Shown: positions 50,860 to 64,000 of the stretch, piece by piece
Position numbering within the stretch: position 1 is the first letter of the stretch
Layout of the letters: the number at the start of each line of letters is the position of its first letter
Origin: Squalus acanthias
Lineage: Eukaryota
Length of the DNA: 64,000 nt
Direction: 5' to 3'
Assembly: GCA_030390025.1 (NCBI GenBank)
Contig: CM059432.1
Location: 151,964,001-152,028,000 of the forward strand
The notes under the pieces: model-generated
Databases searched by the model: none
What the model was told of the DNA's origin: nothing
What the model saw: the letters and a program-made list of their open reading frames with translations, nothing else
Made by a program: the position numbers and the translations under genes

Positions 50860-52556
50860 CATAGAAACATAGGAGATAGGAGCAGGAGTAGGCCATTCAG
50901 CCCCTCGAGCCTGTTCCGCCATTTAATGAGATCATGGCTGATCATCCAAATTCAGTACCCTGTCCCTGCTTTCTCCCCATATCCCTTGATCCCTTTAGCC
51001 TTGAGAAATATATCTATCTCCTTCTTGAATATATTTAATGAATTGGCCTCAACTGCCTTCTGTGGTAGAGAATTCCACAGGTTCACCACTCTCTGGGTGA
51101 AGAAATTCCTCCTCATCTCAGTCCTAAATGGCTTACCCCTTATCCTTAGACTGTGACCCCTGGTTCTGGACTCCCCCGCCATCGGGAACATCCTTCCTGC
51201 ATCTAGTCTGTCTAGTCCTGTTAGAATTTTATAAGTTTCAATGAGATCCCCTCTCATTCTTCTAAACTCTAGCGAATACAAACCCAATCGACCCAATCTC
51301 TCTTCATACATCATTCCTACCATCCCAGGTATGGTGAATCTTCACTGCACTCCCTCCATGGCAAGAACATCCTTCCTCAGATAAGGCGACCAAAACTGCA
51401 CACAATACTCAAGGTGTGGTCTCACCAAGGCCCTGTACAACTGCAGCAAGACATCCTTGCTCCTGTACTCGAATCCTCTCGCTATGAAGGCCAACATACC
51501 ATTTGCCTTCTTAACCGCCTGCTGCACCTGCATGCTTACCTTCAGCGACTGGTGCACAAGGACACCCAGGTCTCGTTGCACTTCCCCTTTTCCCAATCTA
51601 TTGCCGTTCAGATAATAATCTGCCTTCCTGTTTTTGCCACCAAAGTGGATAACCTCGCATTTATCCACATTATACTGCATCTGTCCAATCACCCAACCTG
51701 TCCAAATCATACTGGAGTTTCTCTGCATCCTCCTCACAGCAAACACGCCCACCCAGCTTTGTGTCGTCTGCAAACTTGGAGATATTACATCTAGTTCCCT
51801 CGTCTAGATCATTAATATATATTGTGAATAACTGGGGTCCTAGCACCGATCCCTGCGGTACCCCACTAGTCACTGCCTGCCACTCGGAAAAAGACCCGTT
51901 TATTCCAACTCTTTGCTTCCTGTCTGCCAACCAGTTCTCTATCCAAGTCAGTGCCTTACCCCCAATCCCATGTGCTTTAACTTTGCACGCTAATCTCTTC
52001 TGCGGGACCTTATCGAAAGTCTCCTGAAAGTCCAAATACACCACATCCACTGGTTCTCCCTTATCTATTCTACCAGTTACATCCTCAAAAAATTCCAGTA
52101 GATTAGTCAAGCATGATTTACCTTTTGTAAATCCATGTTGACTTTGTCCGATCCTGTCACTGTTTTCCAAGTGCTCTGCTATTACATCTTTTATAATGGA
52201 CTCCAGCATTTTCCCGACTACCGATGTCAGGCTTACCGGTCTATAATTCCCCGTTTTCTCTCTACCACCTTTTTTAAATAGTGGGGTTACATTAGCTACC
52301 CTCCAATCCATGGGAACTGTTCCAGAGTCTATAGAATTTTGGAAGATGACCAGCAATGCATCTACTATTTCTAGGGCCACTTCCTTAAGTACCCTAGGAT
52401 GTAGATTATCAGGCCCTGGGGATTTATCGGCCTTCAATCCCGTCAATTTCCCTAACACCATTTCCCTACAAATACTGATTTCATTCAGTTCCTCCCTTTC
52501 ATTAGACCCTATGTTCCCCGACATCTCTGGGAGGTTATTTGTGTCCTCCTTTGTTA
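50860..52556 (-). mobile_element. CR1 LINE, 5'-truncated (RT to 3' UTR)
   Basis: ORFs 51670..52566, 51342..51773, 50952..51323. Confidence 0.95.
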
Positions 52557-52972
52557 ACAGAAGCATTTGTGATTGGTGTATTAGATGAAGTGTTTAAAAT
52601 CTGTTGAAACAAGACTATCTTTCTGAAATAATTCAAATACTCATATTCTTAGCAGAACTTTTTTCATTTGTGAATTCATTTTCTTATCTGTATTCTTTTT
52701 CTGTGACAACATTTGAAGCAAAAATTACACAATGCGGAATATTTATAATCTTATGCAAACACTTCAAAGCTTCAATCTCCATATTCCTGCTGTTGATTGT
52801 AATACTAGGACCTATTCATCAGATTGTTTGTATTTACAATTATAACTTATTGGCCTAATGTTTCCTCTGAATTCATGATTTTTGCAGTTAGATTGTGTAC
52901 AGTGTTTGCAGCCCTGTTTAAATCCTGTATACTGAAAAAGTAACACATTCCTTAATTTGTTTTGTGTTTCAG

Positions 52973-53059
52973 ATGAAATTGTTAAACTTGTACATTAAAC
53001 GTGCACAAACTGGCTCCAGCACAAGTGGCTCAGCGTCAGACCTCACTGGTCAAAGCTAG
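52973..53059 (+). CDS. CLASP2: CLASP2 terminal coding exon (MKLLNLYIKRAQTGSSTSGSASDLTGQS*)
   Basis: TTTCAG acceptor; MKLLNLYIKRAQ C-terminal motif; ends GQS-TAG like CLASP2. Confidence 0.95.
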   Translation: MKLLNLYIKRAQTGSSTSGSASDLTGQS

Positions 53060-54700
53060 AGATAGCAGCTATTTTAAGATAGGTCTTCTGGGGAAGGAAC
53101 AACCAGTTTTTCAAGATCGGACTCTTCTTTGGAACTTGATTCATCACAGCTGTATACAACAAATGGCTTCCCTCAGCCTGCATGTGACTGTTGCACCAGA
53201 ATTTATTCCAGATCAGAGGAGACAGTATTAGTCAGTCCAGATAAAACTCAAATCATTTATCTTTCTTCACTCAGACTCCTCTGCGTGTCTTCTAATTAAC
53301 GTTTACCAGTGTTACAGCTATATAAATAAAATGCTAATTATGATTAAAAAGGAATGCTTTAAGCTTCAGTAAAGTTTTTTGCTTCTATCCGGCAGCATTA
53401 CAATTTCCTTTTACTACATAATTTACTTCTGGTTAGATTTCACAAATCATCAGTAAAGGAGAAGCCTCCAGTAAGTCGGATCAGAACCAGATTGAAGCAG
53501 TAACAAACTGCCTTGTTTTGGGTGCATGCTGTCATAACAAAACTTAGGGATTGTTACTTCATGTGGTGCAAGGCCTGGGGCTGGAATTGTCTGGTTTTGC
53601 TGGTGTTACTTTCCGATTCACCGATTTACTCTGCTGTTCCCTCAATAAAAGTAATGCAAACTAAACAGAAGGTAGAAGAGCTGAGCATTCCTGAGCAGCA
53701 GCGAGTCGTCTCTGTGTCCTATTTCTCAGTAGTAGGTTTAAGTGGCTAGGTGCGGGTTGCGTTAGGGTTGTACCATTACCAAATGGACATGAACCACACG
53801 TGTCATCACCCCTTCTTCAAGCAGGGTGCATCGGAGTGGAGTGCTCTACACAAGCATACTCAGTATGTAACTTGTTTATATTTAGTATGTGTTTCTAAAG
53901 TTCTAGTAGAATGCACACGTTCATCAGGTAGAAAAGCCTATGTGGCAAGTTTTGCCTCCGCAGTAACTTTAAGTAGGTAGAGAACAATTATGGTGATGGT
54001 ACTACTGGCCTGCTTGTCTGTGATGGCTTTGTGTAGATGTTCCAGGAAGCTTAACATCAATAGCTACTATGTGTACGCAGTACAGTGTGAAGGTCATAAG
54101 ATTTTGATAGTGTCCATTTAGGAAAGCAAATAAGATGGATCACTAGGGAGATGTCAGCAGGTTACATTAGTGTTCTCTCTACCTCTTGTTGCAGACAGGT
54201 ATTCTTTCAACCTGCTAACATAACTTTCGCTTTTAAAAAAAAAGTCTACTACTTTTACCTGGTTGCTCGTTTGAGTCATAAAAATCCTTTATAATGCCTA
54301 ACATTCAATGACATGTCCGAAGTCGATACTGGACATCGTTTTGTTGCCAGTTGTTCTGTGATGGTGATGCTCGTGGAGCTGGATGTGTGAAGTCCAACAC
54401 TAAAGTGAATGCACCCAGTAAAATTGAATCTAACTGAGAAAGCAAAACATGATCAGACTGTTGTTTTGCTGCTGTTTAAAAAGTTGCCCTTTTTTTGTTT
54501 AATGAAGAATTTGTAGAAATGTATTTAAAGATTTTAAGGGAACCGTCTATCTGTTACTGGCTTTTTTTAGCACCTGCATCAAGGATATAGTGTTACGTGA
54601 ATGCTTATTTGGTTTACACTGTATTATTTGATGTATTTATAGTTATGTGCTTACAAATGTGCATACACTGGCAATAAACTGTATATAACATTATTAACTC
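53060..54700 (+). other. CLASP2: CLASP2 3' UTR (approximate end)
   Basis: Follows stop codon; no recognisable TE; ends with AATAAA then GT/T-rich downstream element. Confidence 0.7.
54673..54678 (+). terminator. Polyadenylation signal AATAAA (distal, best context)
   Basis: Upstream TGTA elements; downstream GTTGTTTATTTTTGTCATCTGTTTTTTT. Confidence 0.7.
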
Positions 54701-54889
54701 GTTCTTGAGTCACTAAAGTTGTTTATTTTTGTCATCTGTTTTTTTGAAGTTTTGAAAAAGACTAGAACCAGAGATAAACTGAGAAATCCTGAGTGGTCCA
54801 TGTGAAAGATGGTTCCACGAATTATGTAATTCATTGTTCTGTTACCATAATGGATAAAATTTGGTAATTTGTGGCATATGGGTGTTATA

Positions 54890-57800
54890 ACAACATAAGA
54901 AATAGGAGCAGGAGTAGGCCTATTGGCCCCTCGAGCCTGCTCCGCCATTCAATAAGATCATGGCTGATCTGATCCTCACCTCAAATCTAAAGAACACAAG
55001 AAGTAGGAGCAGGACCTGGCCACTCAGCCCCTGGGCCCGCTCCGCCACCCACAGGGCCTTGACCGATCCGAACTCAGCCTCATGTCCAATTTCCTGCCCG
55101 CTCCCCGTAACCCCTAATTCCCTTTACTTCTAGGAAACTGTCTATTTCTGTTTTAAATTTATTTAATGATGTAGCTTCCACAGCTTCCTGGGGCAGCAAA
55201 TTCCACAGACCTACTACCCTCTGAGTGAAGAAGTTTCTCCTCATCTCAGTTTTGAAAGAGCAGCCCCTTATTCTAAGATTATGCCCCCTAGTTCTAGTTT
55301 CACCCATCCTTGGGAACATCCTTACCGCATCCACCCGATCAAGCCCCTTCACAATCTTATATGTTTCAATAAGATCGCCTCTCATTCTTCTGAACTCCAA
55401 TGAGTAGAGTCCCAATCTACTCAACCTCTCCTCATATGTCCACCCCCTCATCCCGGGGATTAACCGAGTGAACCTTCTTTGTACTGCCTCGAGAGCAAGT
55501 ATGTCTTTTCGTAAGTATGGACACCAAAACTGTATGCAGTATTCCAGGTGCGGTCTCACCAATACCTCCCTGTTTTTATACTCTATCCCCCTAGCAATAA
55601 AAGCCAACATTCTGTTGGCCTTCTTGATCACCTGCAGCACCTGCATACTAACTTTTTGATTTTCTTGCACTAGGACCCCCAGATCCCTTTGTACTGCAGT
55701 ACTTTCCAGTTTCTCACCATTAAGATAATAACTTGCTCTCTGATTTTTCTTGCCAAAGTGCATAACCTCACATTTTCCAATATTGTATTGCATCTGCCAA
55801 ATCTCCGCCCATTCACCCAGCCTGTCTATATCCCCTTGTAGGTTTTTTATGTCCTCCTCACTTTCTACTTTCCCTCCCATCTTTGTATCATCTGCAAACT
55901 TTGATATGTTACACTCGGTCCCCTCCTCCAAATCGTTAATATAGATTGTAAAGAGTTGGGGACCCAGCACCGACCCCTGCGGAACACCACTGGCTACTGG
56001 TTGCCAGTCCGAGAATGAACCATTTATCCCAACTCTCTGCTTCCTGTTAGATAACCAATCCTCCACCCATGCCAGAATATTACCCCCAATCCAGTGATTT
56101 TTTTATCTTGAGCAATATTCTTTTATGTGGCACCTTGTCGAATGCCTTCTGGAAGTCTAAATACACTACGTCCATTGGTTCCCCTTTATCCACCCTGTAC
56201 GTTATGTCCTCAAAGAACCCAAGCAAATTTGTCAGACATGACTTCTCCTTCATAAAGCCATGCTGACTTTGTCCTATTAAATTATGTTTATCTAAATGTT
56301 CCGTTACTGTCTCCTTAATAATAGACTCCAAAATTTTACCCACCACAGATGTTAGGCTAACTGGTCTATAATTTCCAGCCTTCTGCCTACTACCCTTTTT
56401 AAGTAAGGGTGTTACATTAGCAGTTTTCCAATCTGCCGGGACCTTTGCTGAGTCCAGGGAATTTTGGAAAATTATTACCAAAGCATCCACAATCCCTACT
56501 GCCACTTCCCTCAAGACCCTAGGATGTAAGCCATCAGGTCCAGGGGATTTATCCACCTTGAGTCCCATTATTTTACTGAGTACCAATTCCTTAGTAATTT
56601 TAATCGTATTTAGCTCCTCCCCCCCTAGAGCCCCCCGTTTGTCCAGTGTTGGGATATTCTTAGTGTCCTCTACCGTAAAGACTGAAACAAAATATTTGTT
56701 CAGCATTTTTGCCATCTCCATGTTTCCCACCATTAATTTCGCGGTCTCATCCTCTAAGGGACCTACGTTTGCCTTAGCCACCCTTTTTCTTTTTATATAA
56801 CTGTAGAAACTCTTGCTATCTGTTTTTATATTTTTTGCTAATTTATTTTCATAATCTATCTTCCCTTTCTTAATCAATCCTTTAGTTACTTTTTGCTGTC
56901 TTTTGAAGACTTCCCAATCTTCTATCCTCCCACTAAGTTTGGCTACCTTATATGTCCTTGTTTTTAGTCGGATACTATCCTTAATTTCTTTACTTAGCCA
57001 CGGATGGCTGTCATTTCTTTTACACCCTTTTTTCCTCAGTGGAATATATATTTTTTGAAAGTTGTAAAATAACTCCTTAAATGAACACCACTGCTCATGT
57101 ACCGTCTTACCCTTTAATCTATTTTCCCAGTCCACTTTAATCAATTCCGCTCTCATACCATCATAGTCTCCTTTATTCAAGCTCAGTACGCTTGTTTGAG
57201 AACCAACCTTCTCACCCTCAATTGGATATGGAATTCAACCATGTTATGGTCACTCATTCCAAGGGGATCCTTAACTAGGACATTATTAATTAATCCTGAC
57301 TCATTACACAGGACCAGGTCCAAGGTTGCTTGCCCTCTTGTAGGATCAGTTACATACTGCTCAAGAAATCCATCCCTAATACACTCAATAAACTCTTCCT
57401 CAAGGCTGCCCTGCCCAATTTGATTTGTCCAGTTAATATGATAGTTAAAATCCCCCATAATTATAGCTGTTCCCTTATTACATGCCCCAACCATTTCCTG
57501 ATTAATACTTCTTCCAGCAGAGTTGCAACTATTAGGAGGCCTATATACTACTCCCACTAGTGTTTTTTTCCCCTTATTCCTTATCTCCACCCAAACTGTT
57601 TCATTATCCTGATCCTTTGACCCAATATCATTTCTCTGTAATACAGTGATTCCTTCCTTTATTAACATAGCCACCCCACCTCCTCTTCCTTCCTGCCTGT
57701 CCTTCCTGATTGTTAAATACCCTGGCATATTTAATTCCCAGTCGTTGTCACCCTGCAGCCATGTTTCTGTAATGGCCACAAGATCATACCCATACGTAAT

Positions 57801-59161
57801 TATTTGTACCGTCAACTCGTCTATTTTGTTACGAATGCTGCGTGCATTCAGATGAAGAACTTTTAAATATGCTTTGTGACAATTTATTCCTGCTTTTACC
57901 CCCTTTACTACTTTACCTTTATCTTTATATATTCTGTCCCTTCCTGACACGCTCTGGTTTTTAATTACCCCACTGCTACTTTGCTCTATTGCCTTCTCCG
58001 CTGACATTTTTATTTTTTGCTCTCTTGAAACCTCCCCCCCACTAATTAGTTTAAAGCCCTCTCTACAGCCCTAGTTATTCGATTCGCCAGGACTCTAGTC
58101 CCAGCACTGGCCAAGTGAAGTCCGTCCCAACGGAACAGCTCTCTCCTGTCCCAGTACTGGTGCCAGTGTCCCAGGAAGCAAAACCCATTTCTCCCACACC
58201 AGTCTTTGATCCACGCATTTAACTCTCTGATTTTATTTACCCTAGCCAAATTTGCTCGTGGCTCAGGTAGTAATCCAGAGATTACTACCTTTAGAGGTTC
58301 TGTTTTTTAATTTGGCCCCTAGCTGCTCATACTCCCTCAGCAGAACCTCATTCCTTGTCCTATCTATGTCATTGGTACCAACATGGACCACGACAACTGG
58401 ATCTTCCCCCTCCCACTCCAAGTTTCTCTCCAGCCCAGAGGAGATGTCCTTAACCCTGGCACCGGGCAGGCAACACAGCCTTCGGGACTCTCGCTCTCGG
58501 CTGCAAAGAACCCTATCTATCCCCTTAATGATACTATCCCCTACCACTACAACATTTCTTTTTACTCCCCCCACTTGAATGGCCCCCCGTTCCACGGTGC
58601 TGTGGCCAGGTTGCTCATCCTCTCTGCAGTCCCTGCTCCCGTCCTCACGGAGTAAGAGCCTCGAACCTGTTGGACAAGAGCAAGGGCTGCGGCTCCTCCA
58701 ACACTACCTCCTGGATCCCCGTACCTGCCTCATTCGTAGTCACACCCTCCTGTCCCTGACCACGGGCTACATCTGAATTAGTTAATCTAATTGGTGTGAC
58801 TACCTCCTGGAACACAGAGTCCAGGTAACTCTCCCCCTCCCTGATGTGTCGCAGTGTTTGAAGCTCGGACTCCAGCTCATCAACACGGAGCCGGAGTTCC
58901 TCGAGCAGCCAACACTTACTGCAAATGTGATCACTGTGAACATCAATGGTGTCCACCAGCTCCCATATATTGCAGCAGTAACACATCACCTGCTCTCCCA
59001 TTCTATGTAATTAATTAAATTTATTAATATTATTTACCCTTTAATTAATTTAAATTAAAACAATACACTTCTGTGACAGTTTGATCTGAGTCTCTTCACT
59101 CCGTCCTGTGACAGTTTGATCTGAGTCTCCTCACTCCGTCCTGTGACAGTTTGAACTGAGT
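54890..59161 (-). mobile_element. Near full-length CR1 LINE: ORF1 (Zn-finger/leucine zipper + SGNH esterase) and ORF2 (EN-RT), frameshifted
   Basis: 58645..59001 CYCC..HICSKC + heptads; 58263..58595 GDS/HVGTND; 58046..58249 DGLHL; 57183..58007 EN; 56080..57180; 55080..56066 RT. Confidence 0.95.
59071..59161. repeat. 35-bp tandem repeat x2.6 (CTGTGACAGTTTGATCTGAGTCTCYTCACTCCGTC)
   Basis: Units start at 59071, 59106, 59141. Confidence 0.9.
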
Positions 59162-59719
59162 GTTCTGTACTGTATGTTCGGTATTTCTACCTGATGCCCT
59201 TTGAATGACTTCAGTTGGTTCTTGTAGACTGTATTTTTACTTTGGTTTAAGTCTGAATCATTTATACATATTTGAGTATCATTTTTAGGTCATTTGTGAA
59301 CAACTGGTTTTTAAGACTAGTCTCATTTTATTGAAAAAAAAATTCAGTATGACCAACCCAATCGTCCAATCCATAGAAAGGAGGGGAAAACATTGAGAAT
59401 TATTTAAATATTAGTTGTTCGAGCTCCTGCAGGGATTTGAGCAGTATAGTTAATCAATATGCCTTGTTTGATGTCTGGATCAGTAGTCTTTACAGAATTC
59501 ACAGTAGACAAAAATAAATTGCATTTTGAAAGACTTAAGACACTCTCATGTCCAAAAATATAACTTAGTTGGTCAGTCAGTTGGGGCTAATTGTTCGCTC
59601 AGTTTTTGATAAAATGAGCACTGGGTCTTAGGTTGTGTGTGTGCCTATAGGGAGGAGGGAGCAAGAGATTCTAGGAACTGTGATATAGTTGCCACACAGT
59701 CACAGTACCTGTTCTTAAA

Positions 59720-61095
59720 CATAGGAACAGGAGTAGGCCATACAGCTCCTCAAGCCTGTTCCGCCATTCAAATAGTTCATGGTTGATTTGTACCTCAACT
59801 TCATTTGCCCGCCTTTGCTCCATATTCCTTGATACCCTTACTCAACAAAGATCTTACTGACCTCATTCTTAACAATTTAAATTGACCCAGCATCCACAGC
59901 CATTTGGGGGAAGCGCATTTCAGATTTCCACTTGTGAAAAATGCTTCCTGATTTCACTCCTAAATGGCCTTGCTCTAAAGTTATTATACCCTCTTATTCT
60001 GGATCCCTCCACAAGAGGAAATGGTTTCTCAGTATCTAGCTTATTGAATCTTTTTACCATTTTAAACACAACGATTAGATCACTGCTCAACCTTCTAAAA
60101 CTCGAGGAAATGCAAGCCAAATTATTTTCTCCATGAGCATTTTATTACTTGTATTAAATCTATTAAGTACCTCCCCTCAACTTATTTTTTTAGGTTCCCT
60201 TGTACTGCTGGTATTTTGTCCTCTTCACTGTGAAAACAGAAACAATGTACTTATTTTACAAGTCTCCCATTTCCTTATTATCCATTATAGATTTTCCTGT
60301 ATCTGTCTTTAAAGGGTGCACATTCTCCTTTACCACTCTTTTTCTCTCTATATATTTATAAAAACTTTTACTGTTAGCTTTGATATCCCTTGCAAGTTTT
60401 TTTTCATATTCCCGTTATGCACCTCATTACTTTCTTTGTATCCCTTTGTTGCTTTTTATAGCTTTCCCAGTCCACTGCATTATCACTTTCCCTTGCATTT
60501 GTGTAAGCCATTTATTTTAGCTCAATACTGTCTCTTACGTCATTTGTTCACCATGGTTATTTAACTACACAAGTGGAGCCTTTGCCTTTTAGGGGTATGT
60601 ACTGGTTTTGTATCATGCCAAATACTTCTTTGAGTACTTCCCATTGTCTGTAGGTTTACCTATTAACAGTTCAGCCCAGTTGACTGCAGTTCATTCTTTT
60701 ATCCCTTCAAAGTTTGCCTTACTTAAATTTTAAACCTTGGTTTGTGACACTCCCTTCTCTCTCTCAAACCTAATTCAATCATATTGTGGTTACTATTTGT
60801 AAGATGTTCCCTTACTGACAGATTGTTAACTAGTTCTGGTTCATTATTCATCACTTACCAGAATGGCCTGTTCCCTTGTCAGTTCTAAAACACATCCTGA
60901 ACATATTCTAGAAATTCATTGCTTGTACTACTTGAGCTGTTTTGCTTCTCCCAGTTTATGTGAAACAATATTTCTTATAACTTTGTTTTTGCTATATGCT
61001 TCCTTATTCTCTGTAATTATACATCTCCCACTACGTCATCACTGTCTGGAGGTCTGTAGACAACTGCCAGAGTCTTGCATCCTTTGTTGTTTCTT
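59720..61095 (-). mobile_element. Highly degraded CR1 LINE
   Basis: 3' UTR at 59720, ORF 59920..60120, EN-like remnants toward 61050. Confidence 0.7.
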
Positions 61096-61607
61096 AACTA
61101 TGCATACCATTTTTTTAGGCACTACGCGTCCTCCTAAAGCGCGAAAATGGTGTCTGCGATGCATGCGCATAATTCCAACAGGAAGTGTGGCAGAAGCCAT
61201 CTTGGTAAAGGGTTTGCGCATGCGCACCTACGCTGGCAGCATGCAGAACAGGCAGCTTATGATGTCAATCAGTGTGCAAGGCTGATTTGATGCCAACACT
61301 GCCATTTTAGAACCCTGTCTTAACCTCGCACAGCTGAACATGATGTTAAACGGCATGAAGGACCACCCACCAGTGATCATGAACTACTTACAGGTTAGTT
61401 GCTGGATTATTTCTTCTGGCTGTTGGTGCAATTGTACATGTTTTTGGAACTTTTCTATACTTTTCTATACTTACCTAAAGTTTCAGTAATCTACAGGGAG
61501 TGGTCTGGCTGGTGCTGAAGTTCTTCTTTGTTCATTTAAAAGCTTGTTCTGAAACAAGTTGCTTCCAGACTTGGGTGGCCTGGTAGGCCTTCCTCTTGGA
61601 ATTGAGC

Positions 61608-62700
61608 ATGACTGGTAGAATGAAGAGAGGCCACGCAGAGCAGGAGAAGCTGCTAGAAGAGCGAAGAGGGGGAGAAGAGCTCTCAGGAGGAGGCCAAATC
61701 GGCAGAGGGTCTGTAGGGAGCAATTCTCTTGCCTCAACTTCAGCGACGACCAATGCTTGAGACGTCTTCGCTTCACTTAAGAGGTCATGACTGAAATCTG
61801 CCAACTGCTGCAGCCACAACTGCAAACTCAAAACAGGGCAAGGACCACATTGACTGTGGCTCTTAACTTTTATAAATCTAGCTCCTTCCAGGCTGCTGCT
61901 GATATAAGCAATATCTTGCATTTTTCAGTACACTGCTGCATAAGGGAGGTCACTGAGGCTTTCTATACACAGAGAGACAGCTGCATCTCATTCTCGCTTG
62001 CCAGAGACAGCCAAGCGGAGCAAGCTCGAGGGTTTACACAGATTGTAGGTTTCCCCATGGTGCAGGGTACCATTGACTGCACGCATATTGCCTTGCGTGC
62101 ACCTCGTGAACTCTGTCATTTTCCTAATCCGAAAGGGATTCCACTCCTCAATGTGCAGCTGATGTGTGACCACAGGCAGCGCATCATGCAGGTGAATGCC
62201 CGTTAACCTGGCAGTAGTCACAATTCCTTCATTTTGCAGCAGTTCTCTGTGCCACCTGTATTTGAACCACCACAGCAAGTCACAGGCTGGCTGCTGGGCA
62301 AGAAAGGTTATCCACTCATTACATGGCTCATGACTCCAGTCCGGAACTCATGTGTACAGCAGGCCTACAATGAGAGCCATGCTGCCACAAGGAATATTAT
62401 AGAGCACACCATCGACGTCCTCAAGCAATGCTTCCGCTGCCTGGACTGCTCTGGAGGAGCCCTGCAGCACTCAGCTGAGCAGTATCAAGATTTGTGATAG
62501 TCTGCTGCATGCTGCACAACCTGGCTGTTGTGAGGGAACAGCCCTTGCCATCACCTATCGGGCAAGAAGCTGAGGACCAGAAGCACGAGGAGAAAGAGCA
62601 GGAAGTGGAGGAACAGAAAGAGGAAGAGAGGCTACAATATAGACAACCCCTTTCTGACCGGGCTCTACATGATGAAATAATTAATGAGCGATACCAGTAA
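61608..62700 (+). pseudogene. HARBI1-like DDE transposase, frameshifted/stopped
   Basis: GFPMVQGTIDCTHI, LNVQLMCD, WLLGKKGYPL..WLMTP (catalytic D of GDxGY lost), YNESHAATRNIIEHTI..LKQCFRCLD, IVCCMLHN. Confidence 0.9.
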
Positions 62701-62892
62701 CCTCAACCACACCTCCCCATTCACCAACAGTCCCACACTCCTTACCTCGCCTCTATCACTGGCCATCACATCATCCTCTTTCCAACAACACAAAAGTAAA
62801 AACCACCAGGAAATGCTCATTCAAATCCAAATGTATCAATTCAATCATTACATAATGCATACAAAAATAAACTAATCACCTTGTGCATTACC

Positions 62893-63800
62893 TTAGTCCC
62901 TGTCTTCTGTGTGTCTGCCTGTCCTAGTGGACCTATGAGGTGCTTTGCCAGTGGCTGCAGCATGGCTGGTGGAAGGCTGCTGGCCTTCAATTGAGGAGAC
63001 TGTAGATTGCCTTGGAGGGCGACCTCGAGCAACTCTGGGCCTAGAAGACCCGGCTTCAGACTGCACCATCTCGGCCTGGGCTGCAGCAGTCTGGGCTGGC
63101 TGGCTGACGGGCAACAGCAAGGGCACTGGTGGGAGCAGGAATGCTGTCGTTCTGAGAGAGGAAAGCAGGTTCGTGCTCCATGGAGCCGCTGCCACTTTCC
63201 CAGGGCGGCCGTCAGCAATCCTACTGATCTGTTGGAGAACAGATTGATGGACTGCTGTGATGCCCTGGAAGCCCCTTTGAACAGTGGTATCCAGAGTCAT
63301 GATGGCAGCAGTCTGAGCTTCCACAGCAGCATTCAGACCTTTGATGGAAGCTGTTTGTGCTGCAATGGAAGCTGTGACATTGGCTATCAGAAGCTGCATC
63401 ATGGTGGGTTTAACAGCTGTGCTTATGGAGGTGATCACCAATGTTCCCTCTTCATTTTTTTCTGGGTGCGCAGCCCATTCACAGCGCAAAACTTAACATT
63501 GAAAAAGCCGGTACCGGGCTGCGAAGGACCGGCAGAGAGGTTCCATGTTGGAAAGGCTGGGCTCCAAGGTCTGCGTAAAGCCCTGTGCCAAGTTGGTGCC
63601 GGACTTCTCCTTGCTCCTTGACATTGAGCGATGGCTTTCCAGTGCACCAGGCATTTGGTTGTGTACGCCCATCAGCCTTCTTCTGTAGCCTGGCCCATCG
63701 AAGTTCTCATCCGAGTCCTCTGCAGCAGAACTAGTGTGCAACCTCATCCTCCGGTGAGCTGACACCTGCACTATCCTTTTCCACCGCCATGGCTCCAGCG
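62893..63800 (-). pseudogene. Probable C-terminal part of the Harbinger second (Myb/SANT-type) protein
   Basis: ORFs 62893..63489 and 63493..63771 convergent on the nuclease; Ala/Gln coiled-coil-like; Myb domain itself not seen. Confidence 0.5.
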
Positions 63801-64000
63801 CACATGTGCCCGGTGTCTCACCACGTGCAGATCCCTCCTCTACCCTATCAGTGAGTGTCCTGTAATATGCTTGGGTGATGTGGCTGATGGTTGAATAGCT
63901 GCCAGTGTGTGCGAGCTGTGAGCTGTGAGTTCTGGGTGCGAGGCTTGCAACAGTGCTAAGTGTGTGAGGTAAAGCATATGAATGTTAGGGTTGAGTACTG

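Larger units (their letters stand above)
61100..64000. mobile_element. PIF/Harbinger DNA transposon, decayed; probably runs past window end
   Basis: Convergent nuclease gene (+) and partner gene (-); left boundary approximate. Confidence 0.8.

Noticed and set aside
4111..53059. Calling the gene CLASP1
   Set aside because: Linker exons (TPRSP.W.SPLTSPTN, DYNPYNYSD, KEAMFDDDA.QFPD) and the GQS terminus fit CLASP2 better
59071..59161. CRISPR-like array
   Set aside because: Head-to-tail repeats without unique spacers; eukaryotic locus; no cas genes
61608..62700. Domesticated HARBI1 host gene
   Set aside because: Frameshifts, stops and loss of a catalytic Asp; convergent partner ORF indicates a decayed transposon

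Overview
Vertebrate genomic DNA, most likely a cartilaginous fish (shark-type Deu-domain tRNA SINEs, abundant CR1/L2 LINEs). The window holds the 3' part of one + strand protein-coding gene, CLASP2 (CLIP-associating protein 2): eight coding exons (4111-4220, 10336-10492, 12181-12400, 18735-18928, 27157-27285, 35618-35824, 41082-41198, 52973-53059) that splice in frame through GT-AG introns, then a ~1.6 kb TE-free 3' UTR with a poly(A) signal at 54673. Introns and the downstream flank are packed with decayed mobile DNA: many CR1 LINEs (one near full length), L2 LINEs, a second CR1-group LINE, SINEs, a Penelope-like element (RT + GIY-YIG) carrying a solo LTR, a two-gene PIF/Harbinger transposon, Harbinger- and Tigger-type MITEs, and a 1.1 kb polypyrimidine tract. 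The most striking unannotated structure is a set of six Penelope-related inserts in two families. Five carry a complete or near-complete minimal hammerhead-ribozyme core with covarying stems (one is truncated), and several landed in the same short homologous stretch of CR1 ORF2. Almost all long ORFs in the track are TE remnants, antisense shadows or low-complexity artefacts. Homology calls are from memory and were not searched.
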